Notes under the pieces: model-generated
The model's input: the letters and a program-made list of their open reading frames with translations, nothing else
Told to the model about the DNA's origin: nothing
Databases searched by the model: none
Part shown: piece by piece, positions 1-9,611 of the stretch
Layout of the letters: each line of letters opens with the position of its first letter
Numbering within the stretch: the first letter of the stretch is position 1
Source of the DNA: a bacterium
GTDB taxonomy: Bacteria > Patescibacteriota > UBA1384 > CAILIB01
Reading direction: 5' to 3'
Length of the DNA stretch: 64,000 nucleotides
Assembly (NCBI GenBank): GCA_037131105.1
Contig: JBAXRQ010000001.1
Coordinates: 560,589 to 624,588 of the forward strand
Position numbers and translations under genes: made by a program

Positions 1-567
1 GGCACCGGCGACAACCGGGCCATCGAGGCAGCCCGCACCGCCATTGAGAGCCCGCTACTGGAGCTTTCCATCGACGGAGCCAAGGGTATTCTTTTCAATA
101 TTACCGGCGGCACTGACCTCGGCATGTACGAGATCGACGAGGCAGCCAAGGCCATCACTGAGGCGGCTGACGCTGACGCTAATATCATCTTCGGTGCCAT
201 CATCGATGAGGCCATGCAGGGTGAGGTGAAGATTACCGTCATTGCCACCGGCTTTGAAAGTGAGTCCAACCGTCGTGAACGACGCTTTGGCACTATCAAC
301 ACACATCAGATCGGCCGCATGGGCCAGCCTGAGTACGGACAGCCTGGAGGAACCACCTCTCAGCCGGAGCCGCAGCCTACCCAGCAGTCACAGCAGCCTC
401 AGTCCGCTCCGACCTATGAGCCGCCTGCGAACCCTTATCTTTCAAACCGACAGCAGCCCCAGCCACAACAGCCACAGCAGCCACAACAGCCGCTGTACGA
501 TCCTACCGCTGACAAGGAAGAGGAGGAGCTGGATGTACCTACCTTCATTCGAAGGAAACTCAAATAG
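1..567 (+). CDS. ftsZ: Cell division protein FtsZ, 3' part (truncated by window start)
   Basis: Frame open from base 1: [37 protein letters not shown]...NIIFGAIID...KITVIATGF, then a Q/P-rich linker and the C-terminal core peptide LDVPTFIRR. Confidence 0.97.
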   Translation, partial: GTGDNRAIEAARTAIESPLLELSIDGAKGILFNITGGTDLGMYEIDEAAKAITEAADADANIIFGAIIDEAMQGEVKITVIATGFESESNRRERRFGTINTHQIGRMGQPEYGQPGGTTSQPEPQPTQQSQQPQSAPTYEPPANPYLSNRQQPQPQQPQQPQQPLYDPTADKEEEELDVPTFIRRKLK

Positions 568-574
568 ACAGCAG

Positions 575-601
575 AAAGAGCCCGGGAAACCGGGTTCTTT
601 T
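575..601 (+). terminator. Intrinsic terminator after ftsZ
   Basis: aaagagcccgg-gaaa-ccgggttcttt(t) hairpin ending in a T run. Confidence 0.8.
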
Positions 602-648
602 AGTTAAGGGGGCAATTTGCTAGAATAAGAGCACTCATAACCTCAACT

Positions 649-1767
649 ATGCCAACTTCAAAAAACAGCTCAGGCATCGGACCCCACGATTATGCCGTCA
701 TTATGGCCGGAGGTTCAGGTACCCGGCTCTGGCCAATGAGCCGCCGAAACTCGCCTAAGCAGTTTCAGGCTTTGTTCAGTACCCAGAAGACGATGATCCA
801 GATGATGTACGACCTGCTCAGCGAGCTCTTTCCGCCTGAGCGCATCCTGGTGCAGACCGACAAGAAGTTTGCCCTCTTAGTAAACCAACAGCTGACCGAG
901 GTCCCTGAAGAGAATATCCTCTTAGAGCCAGAGGCCCGCGATACGGCACCTGCTTTCGGTTTTGCTACCGCTACATTGCTCCAGCGCGACCCTGAGGCCC
1001 GCATCGGCATCTTCTACTCAGACCATATCATTAACAGCCGAGCTCCCTTCATTAAGTCAGTGCTGGCTGCCTATCAGTCGGCTGTAGAGTTTCCTGAGTT
1101 TCTGACTATGATCGGGGTAAAGCCCACCTATCCGCATACCGGACTTGGCTACATCAAGATCAGCAAGCAGGCCACCTCACTACCAGACGGCGAGGCCTTT
1201 TACGTAGAGAAGTTCGTAGAGAAGCCCAAGCTCGAGGAAGCTGAAAAGTACGTAAAGTCCTGGGAATACTTCTGGAACACCGGCTACAAGGTCTGTACCG
1301 CAGCCCATTTGTTCAACCTTATCGAGAAGATTGACAGGGACATGGCCACCAAGCTCAAGAAGATTGCAAAACTTATGGGAGATGAGGGCAAGGAAGCTGA
1401 GATCACCACACTTTATAAAGAACTGCCCAAGATCTCATTTGAGTACTTCGTCACCGAGCACACCGAGCGCCTGCTGGTAATCCCTGCCGACATCGAATGG
1501 TCCGACATCGGCGACTGGAAGACATTACACTCCATGCTTGCCGAATTTAACGGACATCATGTAGTCAGCAAAGGCAACCACGTCGGGGTAGGGGACAGCA
1601 ACACCTTGGTCTACAGCGGTGAGCGGCTGATTGCCACCCTGGGGCTTACCGATACTATCATCGTAGACACCGGTGACGTCATCCTGGTAGCTGACAAGAA
1701 CCGGGTACTGGAGATGAAGGAGCTGATAGACGCCCTCAAGGACCAAAACAAGCACAGCTACCTATAA
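649..1767 (+). CDS. manC: Mannose-1-phosphate guanylyltransferase
   Basis: VIMAGGSGTRLWPMSR..PKQF, EPEARDTAPA, PHTGLGYI, FVEKP, WSDIGDW motifs. Confidence 0.9.
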   Translation: MPTSKNSSGIGPHDYAVIMAGGSGTRLWPMSRRNSPKQFQALFSTQKTMIQMMYDLLSELFPPERILVQTDKKFALLVNQQLTEVPEENILLEPEARDTAPAFGFATATLLQRDPEARIGIFYSDHIINSRAPFIKSVLAAYQSAVEFPEFLTMIGVKPTYPHTGLGYIKISKQATSLPDGEAFYVEKFVEKPKLEEAEKYVKSWEYFWNTGYKVCTAAHLFNLIEKIDRDMATKLKKIAKLMGDEGKEAEITTLYKELPKISFEYFVTEHTERLLVIPADIEWSDIGDWKTLHSMLAEFNGHHVVSKGNHVGVGDSNTLVYSGERLIATLGLTDTIIVDTGDVILVADKNRVLEMKELIDALKDQNKHSYL

Positions 1768-2720
1768 TGGAACGCATCCTCATCACCGGCGGCGCCGGAT
1801 TCATAGGTAGCAACGCTTGCAATATTCTTAGTAAAGAAGGCTACGAGGTCATAGCCTTCGACAATCTTTCGCTCGGCCGCAAGCGTAACCTCGAGGAAGG
1901 CGTAACCTTTATCAACGGGGACCTGGCCAATGCCGAGGACCTAGAGCAGGTAGGACAGGTGGACTACGTCATTCATCTGGCCGCCTCGTCCTCAGCCCCC
2001 ATGTTCGTCGACGACCTGATCGGCTCTTTCGAGAACAACATCGTCAACCATATGCGGGTACTCGAGTATGCCCGCACCCACGGCGCCAAGAAGATTATCT
2101 TCGCCTCCACCTCCTCGATCTACGGCAACAACCCGGTACCCCTGACCGAGGACCAGGACGTCACCCCTCCCAACATGTACTCGGTCACCAAGCACGCCCA
2201 GGAGGAGGCCTCCCAGGTCTATGCCGAGATGCACGAGCTGGAGATCATTGCCTTCCGGTTCATGAGCGTCTACGGCCTGCACGAAGAGCACAAGGGACGC
2301 TTTGCCAACCTTATCTCCCAGTTCATGTGGGGAATGGAGCAGGGGAGGCAGCCGACGGTCTACGGGGACGGCCTGCAGACCCGAGACTTCACCAACGTCA
2401 AGGACATCGTCCAGGCCTTTAGGCACGCTATCAAGAAGGAAGGGGGCTTCGGCTTCTCCGTCTATAACGTCGGCACTTCCCAGGCCATCAACATGCATGA
2501 CCTCATGAAGATCCTCAACCACGCCATGGGCACCAAGATCGAGGCAGCCCTGGTAGAGAACCCCATCAAGACCGGCTACGTCAAAAATCAATTAGGCAGC
2601 CTGGAAAAGATCAACCGCGAACTGGGCTACGAGCCCACCGTCAGCCTTGAGGAGGGCGTTAAGGAGATCGTCGAGCATAGGAAGACCGATCCCATCGCAC
2701 CGGCCAGCATGAGCTATTAG
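1767..2720 (+). CDS. NAD-dependent epimerase/dehydratase (extended SDR)
   Basis: TGGAGFIG, YSVTK (YxxxK), GDGLQTRDF; TAATG overlap with manC. Confidence 0.9.
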   Translation: MERILITGGAGFIGSNACNILSKEGYEVIAFDNLSLGRKRNLEEGVTFINGDLANAEDLEQVGQVDYVIHLAASSSAPMFVDDLIGSFENNIVNHMRVLEYARTHGAKKIIFASTSSIYGNNPVPLTEDQDVTPPNMYSVTKHAQEEASQVYAEMHELEIIAFRFMSVYGLHEEHKGRFANLISQFMWGMEQGRQPTVYGDGLQTRDFTNVKDIVQAFRHAIKKEGGFGFSVYNVGTSQAINMHDLMKILNHAMGTKIEAALVENPIKTGYVKNQLGSLEKINRELGYEPTVSLEEGVKEIVEHRKTDPIAPASMSY

Positions 2721-2747
2721 TTTTTTAGAAATATCCTGTAAACGCAG

Positions 2748-2778
2748 AAGAGGCGCTCCCTGTTAGGGGAACGCCTCT
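2748..2778. terminator. Hairpin between convergent genes
   Basis: agaggcgctccc-tgtta-ggggaacgcctct imperfect inverted repeat. Confidence 0.6.
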
Positions 2779-2821
2779 CGCTGATTACGACTCTACTTTC
2801 GAACCAATTCAAACGGGACGA

Positions 2822-3805
2822 CTAGCTACCCGATCGAATCATATTGATAACCGCGCGGAACTTGTCGTTCCCAATGTCATCAATGACTTCGTCGGTCAGC
2901 CGCAGAATCGGGAAGTTCGGGTCGAACTGCCCATTGTTGAAGCTGCAAACTGCCAGACGACCCTCTGCCGTCTCCAACACAATGCCGATGCGGCGGTTGA
3001 GGGCGCTTCCGTTGCGGCTCTCAAGATCAATGAAGCGCAGGCGCTGGTCATCTTCCAGAGAAAGCTCCAGGTCGCTCCGAACAAGACACTCGAGCGAGGC
3101 CGACTGGAACTCGAAGGCCAAACGTACGTCATTCACCGTTCCGACCCCCTCCAATACCATCTTGTCGGGATTGGGCGCAATGGAAGGCGTCGCCTCGACG
3201 ACAGGAATGGGAACTACCTTGTGGGCCTTCTGCCATTCCTGCGCGACATGCTCGTCCAGCCACGGTGTGGGCATGCGATACGAAACGCGCCCCTGCCGGC
3301 CATCGGCGTAATGCACCATCATGCCGATCTCACCGAAGTTTTCAGCAAGGCAATGTTTGACGATGAAGTCGCGGGCGGATTGAGGTATACGCTCGCCCCG
3401 TCCCGCGCCGCCGCCGTCAAAGACACCGTAGGTGCCGGGAGCACCGAGGTCTCGAAAGACAACCGGATGAGCCCGTACAGGCTCCGCGCCCATCTTCTTG
3501 CAGACCTTCTCCCAGATTTTGTCATGGGAGCCGCCGTCAATGGCAAAGTCAACTGACGGGGCGGGAACGGAATAGAACCCGCCGCCATTCACCACACGCA
3601 TCTGGCCGATACGGACGTTTCCGCCCAGACCCAGCGCGAGAGTAATGTCCTGACGAAGGCTACTGTCAGGATTAACCAAATCAAAATTGACCTGGTCGCC
3701 TTTGGGAAGGCTTGAACCTTCTGGGTCCTGCACTTCCAACTTGCTGATTGCAGTGGTTTTGCAGCCACCTACGACTTCAAGATCGACATTTCCGGAGATC
3801 CACAT
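2822..3805 (-). CDS. Hypothetical protein (327 aa)
   Basis: Long ORF; start moved to ATG 3805 (MWISGNVD) because AGGAGG lies 9 nt upstream and a consensus promoter lies further upstream; no family recognised. Confidence 0.7.
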   Translation of the reverse strand: MWISGNVDLEVVGGCKTTAISKLEVQDPEGSSLPKGDQVNFDLVNPDSSLRQDITLALGLGGNVRIGQMRVVNGGGFYSVPAPSVDFAIDGGSHDKIWEKVCKKMGAEPVRAHPVVFRDLGAPGTYGVFDGGGAGRGERIPQSARDFIVKHCLAENFGEIGMMVHYADGRQGRVSYRMPTPWLDEHVAQEWQKAHKVVPIPVVEATPSIAPNPDKMVLEGVGTVNDVRLAFEFQSASLECLVRSDLELSLEDDQRLRFIDLESRNGSALNRRIGIVLETAEGRLAVCSFNNGQFDPNFPILRLTDEVIDDIGNDKFRAVINMIRSGS

Positions 3806-3873
3806 TAGGCATCTCCTCCTTGTATCAAAGCTCCCCGTTTCCGGGGGCACACGGCCTTTTGGACCGATGCCTG

Positions 3874-3902
3874 TTTATACCATACCTATTTCACTCTGTC
3901 AA
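3874..3902 (-). promoter_or_regulatory. Sigma70 promoter for the 3805 gene
   Basis: TTGACA-17 nt-TATAAA with an extended TG. Confidence 0.75.
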
Positions 3903-3958
3903 CCTCATATACCGTACAATTACCGAACAATGTTTCAAACTTCTGCTATAGTAGGTAC

Positions 3959-6748
3959 ATGAACAACCCCCTCGCCGGACTCACCCCTGACCAAGCCAAA
4001 GCCGTCACCCACAAGGACGGTCCCTGCCTGGTAGTGGCAGGAGCCGGAACGGGCAAGACCAGCGTCATTACCAAGCGCATTGCCAACCTGATATTGAATG
4101 AAAAGGTTGAGCCCGAGCAGATTTTGGCCCTGACCTTCACTGACAAAGCCGCCGGGGAGATGGAGGAACGCCTGGATGTTCTCTTACCCTATGGCATGTT
4201 CGGCACCACCATCGGTACCTTCCACTCCTTCTGCCGGGAGTTGGTCCGCCGCCACGCCTTTACCATAGGCATTGACCCTAACGCCCGCCTGATCGGCAAG
4301 GCCGAAGAGGTGAGCCTGCTTCGGGCCAACCTTCTCCACCTTCCTCTTAAGCGCTACAAGCCGGCCGCCAACCCAGTCAGCTTCCTGCGCCAGCTGGCAG
4401 GGTTCATTGACCGGGCCAAGGAGGAACGAATCACTCCTGAGCTCCTGGCCGAGCATGGCAGTGAGATAATGGCCGCCGCCGAGAATGATGCCGACAAGGA
4501 AGCAGGCGAGCGCATCCTGGAACTTTCTGAGTGCTACGAAGCCGCCAACCGTCTCTACGCCGAGGCGAACATCCTCACCTACGCAGACCTGATTTCCTTC
4601 AGCCTGAGGATTCTTCAGGAGTCAGCCTTGGCCCGCAAGGAAGAGCAGGACCGGTTCCGCTATGTCCTCATCGATGAGTTCCAGGATACCAACACCGCGC
4701 AGGCGGAGATCTGCTACCTGTTGGCAGGGGAAAGGGAGAACATCTTCGTGGTAGGGGACGACGACCAGGCCATCTATAGGTTCCGGGGTGCCAACGTCGA
4801 CAATATCATCATGTTCAGGGCCCGTTACCCGAAGGCCCCCGTCGTGACACTCAGGGATAACTTCCGCTCTACCCAGCCCATACTTGACGCCGCCTACAGC
4901 CTCATCCAGCACAATAACCCGCACCGCCTGGAGGTGATCGAGAAGATCGATAAGCAGCTTATCGCCCACAGCGAGGCCGAGCCTGCCGCCGTCGAGTCGC
5001 TGCACTTCAGCGCCGGCAGCTATGAGCAGGAGGGAGTGGCCCTGCGCATCCAGGCACTGTTGGACATCGGCTACGAGAGCCAGGATATCGCAATACTTGC
5101 CCGGGGACACGCCCAGCTTGACCCCTTTGAGCGTGAGCTCTCTTCCTGGGGCATCCAGACCCTTCGCCACAAGGACGGATCTTTTTATAGCCTACCGACG
5201 GTGGAGCGGGCACTTTCCTACTTACGCTTCCTGGTCTCGCCACACGACTCATTCAATCTCTTCTTCCTTTTGTCCGAGCCGCCCTTTGCCGTGGAGACCG
5301 TACTCCTGCGTGAGCTCAGCGTTTCCGCCCGCAAGATAAACAATTCCCTCTGGGAAGAATTAGGGAGCAGTAGCGTGGAACTGCCCGAGGACGCCGCTGA
5401 GGCTTTCCGCTACCTGGGACAGAAGCTCACGTCAAAAGTACGCACGCCCACTGATGCCCTGCGCGACTTTATCGGCACTTCCGGCTGGGAGAAGCAGCTT
5501 ACCGAAGCTGATGACAGGGATGCCTTCGCTGCCCTGAACACGCTCTACGCCGAGGCAGGCTCTTTTGAGCGCCTGCACAAGCCAGTGGTCCTTTCCCAAT
5601 ACCTTCTGCACGTGGACCAGCTTATAGCTAGCGGTGAGGATATTAAGGTGGAAAGTGAACTAGGGAAGGAGAAGGAAGGCGTCCAGCTGATGACCATACA
5701 CGGGAGCAAGGGACTGGAGTTTAAGGCGGTGTTCGTGGTCAACATGACCTCAGACCGATTCCCAGGCCCGAACCGCAGTGGGGGACTACCGCTACCTGAA
5801 GAGCTGGTTACCCTCCAGGAAGACAAGGTGAAGTACGAGGAGGAACGCCGCCTAGCCTACGTGGCCATGACGCGGGCCAAGGAACGCCTCTTCCTGACCC
5901 ATTCGCAACGCTACGAGGGTAACAAGCGGGAGAAGAAGCTGTCTCCCTTCTTGTCAGAAGCCTTAGGGCCACAGGATGAGAAGAACTACGCCGATCAGCC
6001 GCTTCGACTTGGACTGTCTCAGGCAGACACCAGCGAGAAGGCTCCTCAGTTCAGCATCCCCACTACCTACTCAGCCTCAGCCCTGGAGGCGTTCGAGGAG
6101 TCGCCTGAGCGCTATCTAATCGAGCAGGTGTACCGACTGCCGCAGCCTGACTCGTCCTACTCCAGCTTCGGTACCTGCGTCCATGAAGTACTGCACGCCG
6201 CCTTCGGAGCCATCCGCTCAGGGAAGCCGCTGACCGACGGGCAGATAGTCGAGCAGTATGAGAAATGCTGGCGGGCTGAAGGTTTCGAGCACAAGCTGCA
6301 AGAAGAGGAGTGGCGCCAGGAGGGCCTGGCCGCTATTCAGGGTTATTTGTCCTCACATGACGGCGACTATGTGCCTGACCGTCTGGAGCACCCCATTGAG
6401 CTGGTACTGCCCAGTGGCATCCGGATTATCGGCAAGGTGGACCGGATAGACAAGCTGTCCGACGGAAGCGTCAAGGTAATCGACTACAAGACTGGCAGAA
6501 AGACGGCTACCCATGCCGACATCAAGAAGAACCTGCCACTGGCCGTCTACGCCGCCGCACTCAGCCAACGCCGAGAACAGGTAGGTTCGGTCTCCTTGCA
6601 TTACCTGATGAACGGTGAGACGGTGGACCTACCCGTAGACGAGGCGTTCCTAGCCCAGACCATAGAGCGGGTGTCTGACATTGTCAGCCGCATCGAGGAT
6701 GCTTACAAAACAAATACCTGGCCTTCGGTAAAGACATATTTTAATTAG
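3959..6748 (+). CDS. UvrD/PcrA-family helicase fused to a C-terminal PD-(D/E)XK nuclease (AdnAB/RecB-like)
   Basis: AGAGTGKT, LIDEFQDTN, VGDDDQAIYRFRGA, TIHGSKGLEF, EERRLAYVAMTRAK; C-terminal GKVDRID..VIDYKTG. Confidence 0.92.
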   Translation: MNNPLAGLTPDQAKAVTHKDGPCLVVAGAGTGKTSVITKRIANLILNEKVEPEQILALTFTDKAAGEMEERLDVLLPYGMFGTTIGTFHSFCRELVRRHAFTIGIDPNARLIGKAEEVSLLRANLLHLPLKRYKPAANPVSFLRQLAGFIDRAKEERITPELLAEHGSEIMAAAENDADKEAGERILELSECYEAANRLYAEANILTYADLISFSLRILQESALARKEEQDRFRYVLIDEFQDTNTAQAEICYLLAGERENIFVVGDDDQAIYRFRGANVDNIIMFRARYPKAPVVTLRDNFRSTQPILDAAYSLIQHNNPHRLEVIEKIDKQLIAHSEAEPAAVESLHFSAGSYEQEGVALRIQALLDIGYESQDIAILARGHAQLDPFERELSSWGIQTLRHKDGSFYSLPTVERALSYLRFLVSPHDSFNLFFLLSEPPFAVETVLLRELSVSARKINNSLWEELGSSSVELPEDAAEAFRYLGQKLTSKVRTPTDALRDFIGTSGWEKQLTEADDRDAFAALNTLYAEAGSFERLHKPVVLSQYLLHVDQLIASGEDIKVESELGKEKEGVQLMTIHGSKGLEFKAVFVVNMTSDRFPGPNRSGGLPLPEELVTLQEDKVKYEEERRLAYVAMTRAKERLFLTHSQRYEGNKREKKLSPFLSEALGPQDEKNYADQPLRLGLSQADTSEKAPQFSIPTTYSASALEAFEESPERYLIEQVYRLPQPDSSYSSFGTCVHEVLHAAFGAIRSGKPLTDGQIVEQYEKCWRAEGFEHKLQEEEWRQEGLAAIQGYLSSHDGDYVPDRLEHPIELVLPSGIRIIGKVDRIDKLSDGSVKVIDYKTGRKTATHADIKKNLPLAVYAAALSQRREQVGSVSLHYLMNGETVDLPVDEAFLAQTIERVSDIVSRIEDAYKTNTWPSVKTYFN

Positions 6749-6753
6749 ACCCC

Positions 6754-7821
6754 ATGGAACTACTTCTCATCGCCGTCATCCTTGTACTGGTAGCCCTCGT
6801 GGGCTTCCTTATCTGGCGCCAACAGTCTGCCAGCAATCCGGGCGCTGAGCTGCAGCAGCTTTTGCAGCAGACCACCCAGCAGCAGGGGGCACAGCTTCAG
6901 GAGACCACCCGCCTGCTCCTTCAGCAGCTAAACAGCCAGAAGGAGTCTCAGGACCGCTCGAGCCACATGGTCTCCAGCCGTCTGGACCACGCCACCAAGG
7001 TAGTGGCCGACGTGCAGGGTAAGCTTATGCAGCTAGAGGAGGCCAATAAACGGATATTTGACCTAGGCAAGGGTATTAATGACCTGCAGAACATCCTAAA
7101 GTCACCTAAGCTGCGCGGCGGCATGGGTGAAATCTGGCTTTCTGAGATGCTTTCCCAAATTATCCCGGCCGGACACTTCACCATGCAGTACCGTTTTAAA
7201 AGCGGCGAGATCTGCGACGCGATCATTACCCTCCGGGACGGCCTGCTGCTGCCTATCGACTCAAAGTTCAGCCTAGAGAACTTCGTCAAGATGACCGATG
7301 CCGACGAGGCTGAGAAGCCTGCTTTCAAGCGCCTGTTCAACCAGGACATGAGGAAACGCATCGACGAGATTTCCAAGAAATACATATTGCCTGATGAGGG
7401 GACCATGGAGTTCGCCTTCATGTATGTGCCGGCCGAGAATGTCTATTACCAAGCTTTCATTCAGGATGAGGACAAGTTGAACATGCTGGACTATGCCATG
7501 AAGCAGCGGGTGATCCCCGTGAGTCCCAGCAGCTTCTATGCCTACCTCCAGGTGATTGCCCTGGGTCTGCGTGGCATGGAGATTGAGAAGAGTGCCAAGG
7601 AGATCCAGAAGAACCTAGGCGGCATAAAGGGTGAGCTGGCCAAGTTTCGCCAGGCGTATGATACGCTAGGTGGCCATCTCCGCCATGCCCAACAAAGTTT
7701 TGAGGGGAGCGAAAAGCGCCTAGGAAAAGTTGAGAACAAGTTCACCCAAATAGCCACATCAGAAGACGTTTTGCTTGAGTCAGGAGAAGACAACATACTA
7801 ATTATGCCAGATGAAGAGTAG
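6754..7821 (+). CDS. rmuC: DNA recombination protein RmuC
   Basis: N-terminal TM and coiled coil, K.RGGMGE..L, PIDSKF, FAFMYVPAENVY. Confidence 0.9.
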   Translation: MELLLIAVILVLVALVGFLIWRQQSASNPGAELQQLLQQTTQQQGAQLQETTRLLLQQLNSQKESQDRSSHMVSSRLDHATKVVADVQGKLMQLEEANKRIFDLGKGINDLQNILKSPKLRGGMGEIWLSEMLSQIIPAGHFTMQYRFKSGEICDAIITLRDGLLLPIDSKFSLENFVKMTDADEAEKPAFKRLFNQDMRKRIDEISKKYILPDEGTMEFAFMYVPAENVYYQAFIQDEDKLNMLDYAMKQRVIPVSPSSFYAYLQVIALGLRGMEIEKSAKEIQKNLGGIKGELAKFRQAYDTLGGHLRHAQQSFEGSEKRLGKVENKFTQIATSEDVLLESGEDNILIMPDEE

Positions 7822-8776
7822 CCATACCGTTACGAATGAAGACGCCGGCAAGCGCCTTGACCTGTTTCTTTCCCAGGCAGAGGCCGATTACAGCCGCGGT
7901 TACTTTCAAAAACTGATTGGAGAAGGGCGGGTACTAGTTGGAGAGAAGCCGCCCCGCAAGGCAGGCCAGATCCTTAAAGAGGGTGAAGCCGTGATTGTCG
8001 AACACCCTGACCCAAACCGCCGTCCACAAGGTGAGAATGTGGCTCTCGACATCCTTTACGAGGATGACCAGGTCCTGGCCATTAACAAGCCGGCCGGCAT
8101 GGTCGTGCACCCCCAGGACGTGGAGGAGCAGGGGACAGTGGTGCATGCACTCCTTAACTATCTGCCGGACATCGCCCAGGCCGTGTATGACCCCGAGTCC
8201 CCCATGAGCCAGTTACGCCCCGGCATCGTCCATCGACTAGATAAAGACACTACCGGCGTGCTCCTGATTGGTAAGACCCCTGAGGCGCTCGAAGCACTCT
8301 CAAGCCAGTTCAAGGATCATAGTGTAGAGAAAACCTACCTTGCCCTGGTCTCAGGTACAGCGAAAGAAGAGAGCGTCACTACCGGCATGCAGCGCAAGCC
8401 CTACCGTCGCAACATGATGGGGGTCACCCGTACCGAAGAGGAGGGGAGGGAGGCCATCACTCATTTCAAACCCGTACAAAGCTTTGACTACTTCGGTAAG
8501 CCGCTGACCCTGGTGGAATGCCGCATAGATACCGGCAGGACCCATCAGATCCGGGTACACTGCAAGTTTCGTGCCCACCCCGTACTTGGCGACGACGTCT
8601 ACACTACTCGTACCGCCCAAGACCTTACCAGGCGGCTGCACGTCGACCGCCAGCTACTCCACGCTGCCAGGCTCACCTTCACCAATCCTACGACCGGGAA
8701 GCGCCAGACCGTGGAGGCACCACTGCCGGCTGACTTCATGTCCGTTGTTACTCGGCTCAGCCAGAAGGCGACCTAA
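7811..8776 (+). CDS. rluD: RluA/RluD-family pseudouridine synthase
   Basis: S4 domain RLDLFL, INKPAGMVVHP, IVHRLDKDTTG, TGRTHQIRVH. Confidence 0.88.
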   Translation: MKSSHTVTNEDAGKRLDLFLSQAEADYSRGYFQKLIGEGRVLVGEKPPRKAGQILKEGEAVIVEHPDPNRRPQGENVALDILYEDDQVLAINKPAGMVVHPQDVEEQGTVVHALLNYLPDIAQAVYDPESPMSQLRPGIVHRLDKDTTGVLLIGKTPEALEALSSQFKDHSVEKTYLALVSGTAKEESVTTGMQRKPYRRNMMGVTRTEEEGREAITHFKPVQSFDYFGKPLTLVECRIDTGRTHQIRVHCKFRAHPVLGDDVYTTRTAQDLTRRLHVDRQLLHAARLTFTNPTTGKRQTVEAPLPADFMSVVTRLSQKAT

Positions 8777-8783
8777 GCCCACT

Positions 8784-8812
8784 TTGACAAAGGCCGGCCC
8801 ACTTGGTAGCCT
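8784..8812 (+). promoter_or_regulatory. Sigma70 promoter of the RHH-secDF operon
   Basis: TTGACA-17-TAGCCT. Confidence 0.6.
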
Positions 8813-8930
8813 GGTAGCTAAGAGGCCGTTTGATAACCTCTTTCGCTGCCACCTTATACAGGAGCAGCTTGTAAGGTGAGTTATCAATCAGTCTCCAAAA
8901 AAGGCTCTACACTGTTTTTCTTTTATTGAT

Positions 8931-9602
8931 ATGGCTATGGGCTCTATTTCCGGCAAAGACCGGGTGCGTGTAACGATATCCCTTTCCAAGGATATCGCCG
9001 ACCAGATCGACGAAACGATCGATGGGGTACGTATACGCAATCGCTCCCACGCCATTGAAACCCTGGTGACCGACAGTCTTGATCTGGTGCAAGTCAAACA
9101 GGCAGTTATTTTGGCTGGGGGACAGCAGGCCCCCAAACGTATTCCGGCGATTAGCCAGATGCTCAGTACCTTGCACCATTACAGTATCTTCAACGTCATT
9201 ATCGCCGTCGGCTACCTCGGTGATAAGATCCGCAACGAGATAGGGACGGGGGAGAAGTTCGGCCTTCAGATCGAATACTCTGAGTCTGAGCTTGGAACCG
9301 GAGGCGCACTGCTCCAGCTAAAGTCCAAACTCAAACGTACTTTTCTCGTGATCAATGTAGACCAACCGGTGGACGTTGATTTGAAGAGCCTACTGAGGTT
9401 CCATAGAGAACACCAGCCGACTGTGACCATAGCCACCCGTTCATTGCGCGAACTCTCGGGAGTATATGTCATAGAACCTAAGATCTTCGCTGCCATTCCC
9501 GAGGGCTTCTGCATGCTAGAGGAGACGGTTTTCCACGACATGACTCGCCAGGGAAAGCTGCTTTCCTACCCCATACTTACCGACATCAAGAAAGATTCCT
9601 AA
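8931..9602 (+). CDS. Ribbon-helix-helix DNA-binding domain fused to a nucleotidyltransferase-like domain
   Basis: RVRVTISLSKDIADQID...RNRSHAIE (RHH), then QAVILAGG, GYLGDKI, LGTGGAL. Confidence 0.78.
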   Translation: MAMGSISGKDRVRVTISLSKDIADQIDETIDGVRIRNRSHAIETLVTDSLDLVQVKQAVILAGGQQAPKRIPAISQMLSTLHHYSIFNVIIAVGYLGDKIRNEIGTGEKFGLQIEYSESELGTGGALLQLKSKLKRTFLVINVDQPVDVDLKSLLRFHREHQPTVTIATRSLRELSGVYVIEPKIFAAIPEGFCMLEETVFHDMTRQGKLLSYPILTDIKKDS

Positions 9603-9611
9603 CCCCATCCT

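Noticed and set aside
3807-3872. aggcatc/gatgcct pairing enclosing the leader as a riboswitch P1
   Set aside because: Most of the 5' arm lies upstream of the predicted TSS (about 3867), so it would not be transcribed
8858-8869. CAGG-AGCAGC resembling SRP RNA domain IV
   Set aside because: The intervening GNRA-capped stem is absent, so the SRP fold cannot form
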